Positions 36,701-48,700 of a stretch of 64,000 bases of DNA are shown piece after piece. The position numbers were made by a program, and so were the translations under genes. How positions within the stretch are numbered: the first letter of the stretch is position 1; every line of letters begins with the position of its first letter. The DNA is from Paraspadella gotoi (lineage: Eukaryota > Animalia > Chaetognatha), in the NCBI GenBank assembly GCA_051294375.1, contig CM119267.1:26179293-26243292 (forward strand), in the 5' to 3' direction. Below the pieces are notes generated by a model. That model ran no database searches. It was not told the DNA's origin and worked only from the letters and a program-made list of their open reading frames with translations.

Positions 36701-39700
36701 ACTAAGCTCTGACGAAAAAAGTCAGAGGTTTTTTTAATATATTCTTTGACCGGCCAATGTAGAATGATGGCAATATTGCTATTTTTAAGTTTCAAAAAAA
36801 TCCGACCATAAATATAGAAAATATTAACCAAAATCTTCGGAAAATCCACCCCTTCTTTGGAAGATTTTCGCCATATATGATTTTTTCCGAATCTGACTCC
36901 CGGTTGAAAACTCTTAGAATTCCGATCGTTAGCTCCTCTTTTACTTTTACTTTAAATAAAAATTTCAGCAAAATGGACTAATTCACTTTAACATGATTGT
37001 ATCATATTAAAATAACCAAATGAAATGTAAAGAAAAATTTTGAGAGCCCTTCAGACATATTGCTATCGGATTCCTGAATTCGAAGTTTATTGTAAAATGA
37101 CAACATACCTAAATGCGTTGACATTGTTTTGAAGTTGAGAAATCCCTTTATTTTATATATAAAAATTGCGTCAAAAATATTTTCCCGAGCGGACCAGTCC
37201 ATTTGAATCGAATGGTTCAATGTCAAAATGATGGTTATTTGTCAAGAGAAAAAAAAATGCGAGCCCTTCAGATGCAACAGGATCGGAATCAAGTGTTTTT
37301 ACATCTATTTTTTACCCGAATTTTTCCCAGGGGCGTTGACATTATTTGGTAGTCAGATTTGAACGAAAATCTCCATTGAAAAAGTCTTCCTCGATTTCTA
37401 AGAACTACGAGACTCCTATCTCCCTCGTTTTTCTTTCTGTATTTTAAAGTTTAAAATGTTAGTTTTAACGGTTAAGCCTCTGCTTACAATCCTCGCATTC
37501 AGAGAAAAAACTACTTTTTCCAGTATTGTTCAGTTACTATTAACAAAATTAATTTAATTTGCACCATAATATAAATTAGGCCAAAATACGGATTGGTTAA
37601 ACCATCTCCAGCTATTTCTAATCATATAAGAGTAACATTTTTGCAACTTTTAGGAAAAAAAATCATGTCCATTTTTGTCCATTTTCACTTTCGTCTTCAA
37701 ATTTGAATGCCAAGGAAAGTTGAGAAAATTTTTTTATTTTGGAATTCCTTTCTTCCTTATCTTCTTCACCCTTGAGTAAAATATTTTCCTTATATCATTC
37801 ATAGTTCACTTATGAATTAATTTTAAAGTTGACAAGTCAAAAAGTCGCAGTTTTAGTTTTTATTATAATTTATTAAACAAAAATAGTTTAAATTGGTTTA
37901 AACTAACAGAAAATATAGTCCACAGAATAACTTTTAACACCTACAAAATTATCAAAAAAACTCTTTTCGTTTAGCCACAAATAATTTTTAAAGACAACTT
38001 TTAATTTGTGACTTTTTGTGACTTGCATTTTTTTATTAGTTTTAACAGATGGGGTACTTACTGACGTTGATAAAACAAAAAAAAACCGCATCCTTTTAAC
38101 CCAATGGAAAGCGTCAGTAGCCATAGCCGATGAAATTTAAATGCTAATGTATACAGCGTTAAATAATCTATCATGACCATAGATTATGGTATTAAAATAT
38201 TTTTTTTCAAAAATGCTTTCTTCTGAGAGTACTCGCCTAATTAAAAATATTATATTACTATATAGAGCAAAAAATATTTTTTTAAAATCTTAAAATTTTT
38301 GATGGATTCTGATAGACATAAAAAGTTAAACAAGAAATATAATTACAGCTTTTAAAAAATTCTTACGTTTTCTAAGTGAAAATATAGGAAAACTGATAAA
38401 ATCATCGAAATGATGATAATGATGATTTTTTATAGTTTTTCTTATTTTTGACACACTTATCATAAAAATATTTTTTAAAAAATCAACTTTGTGTAGACAA
38501 CTTTTTATGAGCTATCTGAATCTGGTCTTAAAATTAAAAAATTCCAAAAAAATTTTGACCTTTCTTATCTATAAATAAATAATTAAAAATTAATTACTAG
38601 GGTATAGAGCCATATTAAAAATTTTTGTCCATTGAAAGTATTCTTAAAAATGTCTAAATATTCGTTTGAGCTTGTACTCGCTCTAAATTTTTGACTCACC
38701 CCATTGAGTGCGGCTACCCCTAGCGTCAGGACTTGTTTTTTCTGAGAATCGACTAAATTTGCTAGGCAACCAAAATTGAAATAAAAACCTCCGTTACCGT
38801 TAATATCCTTTCTTATAATGCATATTAAAGATTTTCTTTGATATGGCTCAATGTAAACGTTGTGAGAGGGAATAGGAAGAGAAAACAAGAAAAGGAGAAG
38901 GGAAGAAAATGAAAGAGGGGGCCAAAGGCAAAAAAATATAGGCAAATGGGGGGAAAAAATAGTGAGACAAATAAAAGCTAGGAAATGAGGGGAAAATTGG
39001 AAAGAAAAAGAGGGGAAAAGAAAGGGAAAGAGAGAAAGAGAGAAAAAAGGTGAGGAAAGTGCATGAGTGGCAGAAAAAGGTAGGGGCCGAAAAATGGTAA
39101 GTGACAGTGAGAAGTAAGGGAGGAAAGAGCAATAGGAAAATATAAAGAAAGAGAAGAAAAGAAGTGAAGAAAAAGAATCCGGGAAAGCGTATGAAGAAAA
39201 AAAAATTGTATCAGATAATGTGGCGTCTTACCTAAAGACTTTTGTAAGTAAAAGACGTGAAGATTCTTATGAGGAATTCGATCTTTAAAAATTATCTATA
39301 CCATAAAAATTTGAACATACGCAGTTAATGAGATTAGATAAACAATCATGGGAGAAATCATGTCTTACCGTACTTTTAACTCATAGAAATTTACCTGGGA
39401 AGTTCTAAGTGATAAGAAGGAGATAACTTGAGACTACCGTTTTTTTAAATGAAGTAAGCTTCATACTAACTAATGAGATCAAGAAAGATGGTAATTATTG
39501 AAGTTCAGATTTCGTTGTCTAAAAGACATCGATCGTACGTGGAGCCTATGCCAATAATATTCGTTTTTTAATTCGAGGTCTTTTATTTTCTTTTGCTATA
39601 TTTTCAGAACTAACAGTGGTAAAAGAAGCAGAGGCGACTCCCGAAGAACCGAAGGATGCCTGGGATGCAGATTCATCGGAGGAAGATGATGATGATGAGG

Positions 39701-42700
39701 AGGAGGAGGAGGAAGTTGACGAAGAGGAAGAGAAAACTGAGGTGAAAATCGAGCAAAAAGAGGATGTGAGCGAGGAAGAGGAAGAGGAGGAAGAAAGCAG
39801 CGACTCTTCGAGCGAAGAGGAAGACGAAGAAGAATCATCAGACTCAGAATCGTCAGGTGAGTTCCGTCTCTATCCACTTAAAATGTTTTTTTCATCTTGG
39901 TTCCGTCTCTATCCACTTACCGCGTGACCATTTGAAACCCGCAGCTATAAAAAAATCACCATATGAAAATGCGTAGAGATTTTAACATTTAAAAAATATA
40001 TATATAAAGACAAGATATACTTATTTTTTATGTATAAATTTTTTTATAATTGATTTTATTTTGAGTTCGTAATGAGCGAAAAAAGATGAGAAGCAAATTC
40101 GAGCTTTTCAATCAGAAATAAAAGGAAATTTGTTACCTGGAATTGATGGCTCTGTTAAACAATCATAATCTCACTAATTAGTGCTAATATGGGTATCATA
40201 AGAAAGCCCATTAAAAATTGATTCAGGAATATTGGTTACAATTTCTTAAAACTAGGGTTTTAACATTTTGAAAAGAGATTGCTAAAGACTTTAACAGGAA
40301 TAGGGTAAAGATAGCTTTGAAAATGATCTCCCTGCTCAATAGCTTAATGTTTTTGAATGAAAATTTTTTTTTTACTTTCTGGACCATTTATATAAAAGTC
40401 TTTCAAAAAATAACAATAATGTTTATATTGTCTGAAAGCCCTTTAAAAACTGTATAGTAGAAACATTTAAATCCGATTCTTTTTAAGATAGAAATCTCAG
40501 GAAAACGGCATTCTTTTCCTTTTTTTCCGTTCTATCTGAATATATGACTTTTGTTAGACTTTTTAAAATTCTTGGCCCTTCCCAGAAGCGCCAAAGTGCT
40601 ACGAGCATCAAAATTCACATATATTCGTAGATTTCTTGAACAAGTTCTATGACAGAGGGAGACCTCTGGAAAGGCAATAAGCAACCAATGCCCTCTAATC
40701 ACCTGTCGCAACTATGACTCTCCTCAGAGAAGTTGTCAACCCAAATGACAGCTTCAGATGAATAAAGGGGAAAGCTGAAGTCCTCATTTAAAATCAGCAC
40801 GGACAATAAAAACATTTTTCTTAACTAGCTTTAAAGCTACAAATCATAGGTGACCACTATTCGATTCATTTTTTTATTGCTCTATCTATATATGTCACTT
40901 TTGATATACTGGATTCCTGATTTCTGGAACAGGCAGCTTTTTTATCTCAAGATGTATATTACTATCAGGAATACTGAGATTGAGAGAGAGTGAATAGGAA
41001 ATGAAGGAAAAAGAATGTTTAGGTTCAGTTAATTGTTTAAAATAGAACTATTTATTAAATATAAATGTAGAAAATATTAACTTGAAAAAATTATAAAAAC
41101 TGTAATAGTAACTAACATTAACTAAATCAATTTCATTTAATAAAAAAAAATTTTTGTATTAAAAAATAAAAGGATAGATAAGAATAGATAAGAGATAGAA
41201 GGGAAATAATAAGACATAAAATTAATAAAGAGAGCTCAACATAAAGATAGCCACCCCTACGTGGACAAATAAAAGGTAGTACCGATAAGATTGGGTCATG
41301 AGAGGGTCAAGTCAACCTCAGTTTCTTTACCGACTAAACTGTTATATGTGGGTCACTGGGTCAAGTCATGTTTCCGTGAGGAACAGATCTAGTGCGACTC
41401 AATTTGACTTTAAATACCTGCCAGTTGCCCTCTTTTCAGGTAAGGTAGGCCAGGGCCTGTCCGTGCTGATTTTAAAATTTGGTTGCTATAGGTGATTAGA
41501 GGGCATTGGTTGCTTATTGCTTTTCCAGAGGTCTGCCTCGGCGAGTAGAGACGGGGGAGTCATTAAGCGACCGTGGTGGTCGGGATCATCCACCACCACA
41601 ATTTAGAGAAGGTTCAAGGGTTCAAGAGATTGACTTTTTGTTTATTCACTCTTTTTTTTCTTTGTTTGTCTTTACATATTTTTTTTTTCGTGGTTTTTAA
41701 ATTGAGTCTTTTACAACAACGATTACATTTAATTTTTTTTTGTAATGTCTTTACACCATATTTCTTTATTATAACAATATATATTGGTATTATTTATTTG
41801 GGTATCTGACATAAAATACAATGAAAGTTCATCAGCCATTTTAAACGTCAAAGTTAAGGTAAAAAGGCTTGTGCGTCTGCATAATTAAACAATATCTAAT
41901 AATTAAATAAAATATTTAAATTAAACTTTTGAAATAAATAATAAAAAAGAACATATAACATATCTAGCAAATTGATAAAATTAGTTTGTATCTTTAGAAC
42001 TAATTTTTTGCTGTTTTTGGTAACTTCCGGTTTGTAAAAATAGTTTTCAAACATAATAAGCACCTAAAACTATTTTTTTATTATATTAACTAACTTTCAA
42101 TGCAATATTCTAGTCAGGAATGAACTAATTATATTAAAAAATTAAATTTAAATAGAACTTGTTCAAAAAATCTACGAATATTTGTGAATTTTGACGCTCG
42201 TGGCACTTTGGCGCTCCTGGGAAGGGCCAAGAATTTTAAAAAGTCTAACAAAAGTCATATATTCAGATAGAACGGAAAAAAAGGAAAAGAATGCCGTTCT
42301 CCTGAGATTTCTATCTTAAAAAGAATCGGATTTAAATGAGTCTACTGTATAGTATAAAAAATATGTTTTTTAGGCACAGTCAAAATATAGATTCCTTTGG
42401 TGAATTTTTTCTAGCGGCGGGTTTCAAATGATCACGTTGTAAAATTGTTTTTTCATCTCGGTGGAGTTCCGTCTCTATCTACTTTAAATCTTTTCTTTTC
42501 TATCTTGAGTGACTGACTCGATTTCTTTCTCTTCCAAATAGACGACGGTCTGACCGAAAAAGAACGCGCTCGACAAAAGGCGCAGACACGAATCGAGAAG
42601 CGACGAGAGGAGAACGAGAAGAAGAGATCAGTTGAAAACCTGCGGGCGCCGGTCGTCTGCGTTTTGGGTCACGTCGATACAGGTCGCCTTTCCCTTCCCT

Positions 42701-45700
42701 CATCCTCTGGGTCTTAGATAACCAAACTCAAATTCACGCGTTTTTTTTTTTGTTTGTTTTTTTTAGGAAAGACGAAAATTCTGGACAAATTGCGAAGAAC
42801 CAACGTCCAAGATGGAGAAGCGGGTGGAATCACCCAGCAAATCGGTGCCACTAATGTTCCCGTCGAAGCGATGAGGGAGAAGACGGTCATGGTCAAGGTA
42901 CGAAAAAAATTAGTAACACTTATTTTATTTATCTTTCAAGTTTAAAAAAACCGTTGTTTGTAAACAAATTAACTTTTTCTCTCTAAGTTATTATTGAAAA
43001 AAAGGCACACAATTAAAAAATAAAAACATAATTTAGGGGAAGGATTATGAAGACCTGGTTAAGAAAAATTGGAATAAACCCAAAATCGCGGCTGGGAAAT
43101 TAAACCAAAATAAAAATTAAGATTTTAAAAAGATAATATGATTTACAACGTTCATTTACTTGACTGAGAGTGTTGGTGTTCAGAATTATAATATAGGCTA
43201 AAATTGAAAATATTTTCTGAATTGATATTTTTTTCCAAATGAATTAATTCAGGATTTCAAAAATCACGAATTTCGGGTCCCGGGTCTTCTCATTATCGAC
43301 ACACCCGGTCACGAGTCTTTCAGCAACTTGCGTAGTCGCGGCTCTTCCCTTTGCGACATCGCTGTCCTCGTCGTTGACGTCATGCATGGTCTCGAGCAAC
43401 AGGTCTCACTCACCTCTCATGATTTTTCAACCTAGATTTTGATTTGAATTTTTTATTCTATTTTATTGTTTTTCTCAGACTATAGAATCGATCGGACTCC
43501 TCAAGAAGCGTAAGACTCCTTTCGTTGTGGCGCTGAACAAGATTGACCGGTTGTTCGGTTGGAAGACGAACCCCAACGCCGACGTCGAAAATACCCTCAA
43601 AAGACAGGCCGTCAACACCCGCGCGGAGTTTGACGAGCGCTGCGATAAAGTCAAGCTTCAGTTCGCCGAGCAGGGACTTAATGCCGAACTCTTTTTTAAG
43701 AACAAAGACCCCAAGACGTGAGTCCGCCCGTCTCGCTCTTTTTTTATCTCGCCAGACGGGCTTAAGTCCGTCTTGGGCGTAGATAACCATTTAGTATTAC
43801 TTCTTTGTATCGTCGTCACGCTGTACATGTTGGACTCAAACTTTTGCGAAATGTCGGATTGAAAATAGCTCAAGTGTGTAAGCATAGGAAGCTAAAAATT
43901 TAGATATGGCTTCTCATCATTGAGGTATTTTAAATTGTTATGTTTCACTCCTTTTCACTCCTTTGTTTATGTTTTGTTTACAAAACAATTTTTTCTATAC
44001 CCCGTGTCCGTTCGCGAGTTTCTCCAAAAAAATCTTTACTATACTTTAAATATTTAATAAATATAATTCATAAGTATATCATTAGTTGGAGAACGACGTT
44101 TTTTATGTATAAGTTTCATTTTAAAATTTTTTTATTATTTTTGTTTTGAACAGTTGCACATATGTTTACTCTTCCACAAAAACATATTTACTACCTCAAA
44201 AATATTCATTTACCTTAATTTTTAGCTTTATGAACATCAGTTAAAGTCAGATTTGGAATAATTTGGGAAAATTGGAAGTAAAACGATGAACCATGCATCT
44301 TCAATAGACCTCCCCAGTATCAAAAAATTGTCTTCCAAGTTCTCACTCGGTTCGGTTTCCCAATATTTATAAATATTAGATAAGTTTTAACTCAAATCTG
44401 GAAAAAAAAAGTGACCGCGTATCAACCCAATGAAGCGTCAAAGTCTATTAGCACAATTCATCGTCTTGTAAATTTTTTTTTCTAAAAAAAAATAATGATT
44501 TTCCCCTATTGTTAATTTTTTATTAAATAATTTGCTTACAATGATTCAAAACTAAAGTAACTATTTAAAAAAAATATTTTTTTAAAACGGGGCATCTGTA
44601 TAAACCGGATGTAGGGTAAAAATAACCGGAAGTAAGGGAAAAAATAACCGGAAGTAGTATTTAAATAACCTTCCTAGAAAAAGGTACAATTTTAGACCAA
44701 GGCTATTGAAAGAACTAAAATTAGCATTTGAAGAGCTTACGCCTATATATAGAGAGTAGAGAGATACAGTACAGTATATATATATTATATATATTATAAT
44801 AAATATATTATAATTATAACATAGGAATTATGTTTAGAGAAAACAAAGTTTTTATTGTTTTCAAACAATGATTTTTTTTTCAAAAAACGGACATGGTTAA
44901 ATTTTGATTTATCACGAGATAGACTCTCGGTTGTTTAATGCCCCTTTTTATTATTGAATTCGTATTTTTGTCGCTACGAAATATCTGATTGATCAAGTAT
45001 TTTTAACGTCGCTCTCTTATTGGTCAGTGCTTTTGACTGTTCCTTACCCAAAGGTATAAAAGAGACATTCTTAACTAAAATTGTGAGGATAACTTACCAA
45101 TGATTCGTGACAGTCGGTAAGCATTTAAAATGTTATGTTTGCAATTTTATGATTAAGTTTAAAGTTGACTATTTTTTAATAAGTTTTTATTTTTTATGTT
45201 GAGAAATAGTCTCCCTTCGCCTTGATACATGATTCATGTCTCACGCCCATATTATGTCTACTACAATAAATATTATTAAATTTATATTATTCAAATTTTT
45301 AGAAATAAATAGCAAGTGAGAATATACTAGCTTGCTCACGGCGTTACAGTAAAATCCTCAATAGACATGTTTAAACTCTGTGGTTGCGAGAGAGTGAGAG
45401 AGAGAAAGAGAGATAATTTTATATTATATATATAATGGTTGAGAACTAAGAAAATAAAATAAAAGTTTTGAAAACCAAAATGGTGAAAATAAAATTATGA
45501 AATTGTGAATAGTTTGAGATTCCTCACTTTTTGTCTGATTTTAAAAATGGCGACAAAGGTTGATTCAAAAATTTTTTATTACAGTTTAAAATTGGCAACA
45601 AGGGAGTAAAAGCATTTAATTTGTTTATAAACAAGCGCAAATAAAACAAAATATTGGTTAAAAATATAAACAGTCCTAAAACCACTCGAAGTTGGAGGCA

Positions 45701-48700
45701 ACTGCCGGACAGTAATATCGAGTTGATGCTATTTGGATCAGGCATAAATTCTTTGGGTAAAATACTACACAAATGTGCATTGAGCCCGCTACACCTGCCG
45801 AGAGCCCTCTTCTCACCTGACAGTAAGGTGGGCAGTCATCCGTTATTGCTTCTTTTGCAACAGGAGTGACGGACTCCTCTTCCTCTATCTAAAGCATTCT
45901 TTTTGAGGGACGCCCGTTCGTGGAGAGACGAACTAAGTTGCTTCAGTAGGGTTGACCTTATTTTGCTTCCCTTAACTCTGTCTCATCTCTTCTTACCCCC
46001 ATCCACTATCCATTCTTAGTTCTTTGTTGGAAACCTTTTTCTCTTTCTCTATCTGTTTTTCTCATCAAATGTTTGGCAAAAATCTAATTTTAGTTTTGGC
46101 TGATGAAGACTCGCAACCATAGATCTGAAACATGTCTGGTGTTTGAAACCAAAAAATTTGTTTGTAAACATGTGATAATCCTTTCTTTTTTCGTTGTTGA
46201 TGAGTTACGAGAAAATCAAAGTTTTATTGAATTGTGCAACAAATTTTTATTTGTTTAAATACAGACATGGGCACTTTTTTCCATCGATGCCTCCTTCCTT
46301 GCTGCGGCTCCTGAAGCAGCAAACAAAAACAATAATAATAATAATAACAATAATTTTTTAGATTATCAGAATAATAAAATATAATAAAAATCTAACTCTT
46401 TGATGCATTTAAAATTAATTTCAATAAAATTGGAACAATAAAAACACTTATAGGCTGAAAACCTTACTTCCGGTTAAGGCCACGCCCCATCATAACAAGA
46501 TATTTTTTAAATTTAATAAAACAAAAATAGGAGAAGAAGCTACTGGTGTTTTTTAACTATTATTGTTGAAAAATCCTTATGTTATAGCATATAAACCTCT
46601 TTCTTTAAAAATTATTATCATTTTGCGCTATATTTTTTTTCATCAGTACTTGATCACTTTGACGCTCTATTGGGTTTATTAGCAAAAACATTTTTTGCTC
46701 AAACACACTTTTAAAACGAATTTAGGATAAGAAATAATGGGAAACCGGACCGAGCGAGAACTTAGTATAGAGTTTTTTGAGGCTGGGGAACTCTAATCTT
46801 CAACCATGCTTAATTATTGCAAATTTATCAATTTTTAGTTTCTAAAATGTTTTTAGTCGGATCTGCTTATCAGCAGATCCCGACTCTATAATTCACTTTT
46901 CGGTCGGCGTCGGTCCGCCCCCTCAATATTGTCGGGCAGTCACTTATATCATGTCAGAACATCGAATTATGATAAATTATGCAAAAAAAACGATGTCCGT
47001 CCATCCGTCCGTCCTCCGTCCGTTCCGTCCCACCTTTAGCAAAAAACACCAAATTACTCGTGATTGATGGATGGATTGGAATGAAATTTTGTGTGTGGTA
47101 GGGAAGTGTGTGAATGAGCTGTATATGAAGTTCGATAGATCGTGTGAGTGAGATGAGAATAGGAAAAAAAAAAAAACCTGTTTCACTAATTGATTATGCT
47201 TCTTTTCTTTTATATATATTAATATGATGAAGATGTATATTAATAAATCAAATTAATCATTAATTATCATATTATCAATTAATCAATAATTAATTAATTA
47301 GTCAATTAATCCGTCCTTCCGTCCATCTTTAGCAAAAAGCTCAATACTCGTGATGGCTGGTTGATGATTGAAATTTGTGTGTGGTAGGACAGTGTGTAGA
47401 TGAAGCTGGATATAAAGTTTCGATGGAATCGTGCGAGTGGAAATGAGTTTAAATGGAAAAGAAAATAAGTTGCATTTACTAATAAATACTCTTTTAATCA
47501 TAATTGGATGGATATTTTGATTAAAAATTTTGTGTGTGGGTAGGACAATGTGTGACGAAGCTTGATGCAAAGTTTCGGTGGGAAACGTACGAGTGATGCG
47601 AGTTTGAAAAAAATATAAAAAATATTGTGATTTATCATCTGATTAGCAGATTACCGCTTAATTATGTAGAGCAGATCCGACATTGTTGCTCAAACTTGTT
47701 TTCTATGTTTAAAACGTCAATGCACCTGATGCTACTAACAAATTTTGAAAAATGAAAAGAAAAAATTTTTAGCATTTTTTGGCCCCACAGGGGTCCACCC
47801 CCAGGGCCCTGTATCTCTTGTCAGGGGTTGAATATCAAAATTCGCCTCGAAAGTTCCATTTATATAGTCATTAGCACTCTAAATGTAAAATTTCATTAAA
47901 TTCGATTGGGTAGTTTGGTGGGAACAGATTCTGGTCACAAAAAAGGGGTACTACATTTTATAATATGAAGCCTTCAGTAATTTATAATGATTTTTTTAAT
48001 ATTTCAGTTTTTTACTAAAGATGAAATTGGATGACCATGAATGAACAGTTATTTTATCTAAGTAAATATAAAATTAACTTTATGAAATTAAAATATATTA
48101 AACGTCCAGTACTTTGCCATAGAATGAGAGAAAAAAATTTAAAAAAATATTCAGCCAATGAGGAATGGTACGCATTTTTTAGCCGGATCTGCTTACAGCA
48201 GATCCCGGCTCTATTATTCACTTTGTCTGTCTGCCCCCCCAATCTTGTCGGGCATTCACTTATATCATGTCAGAACATCGAATTATGATAAATTATGCTT
48301 TAGAAAAAGTTTGAATTTTGCTTCATCAACGAATAAATAAAATTCGTTGATGAAGCAAAATTCTAACTTTTTCTAAATCTCCAAACTAAACGAAAAAAGA
48401 AAAAAATAATACAATAAATTATGCAAAAAAAATGATGACCGTACGTCCCTCCGTCTGTCCGTCCCTCCGTCTGTCCGTCCCACCTTAGCAAAAAACACCA
48501 ATTCTATCATGTAGTTCTTCCCCACCAACAAGTGAGAGAGCTCTCTCACTTGTTGGTGGGGAAGAACCACGAAGAATCCCGGTTCCATTTGGAACCATAA
48601 AATACTCGTGATTTGATGGATGGATTGGAATGAAATTTTGTGTGTGGGTAGGGAAGTGTGTGATTGAGCTGGAAATCAAGTTTTGATGGAATCGTCCGAG

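Noticed and set aside
36708-36732. CUGACGA in MITE family D as a hammerhead core
   Set aside because: No stem II or GAAA box in the required arrangement.
39190-39560. Possible decayed transposase fragment
   Set aside because: Multiple stops and no motif I can identify.
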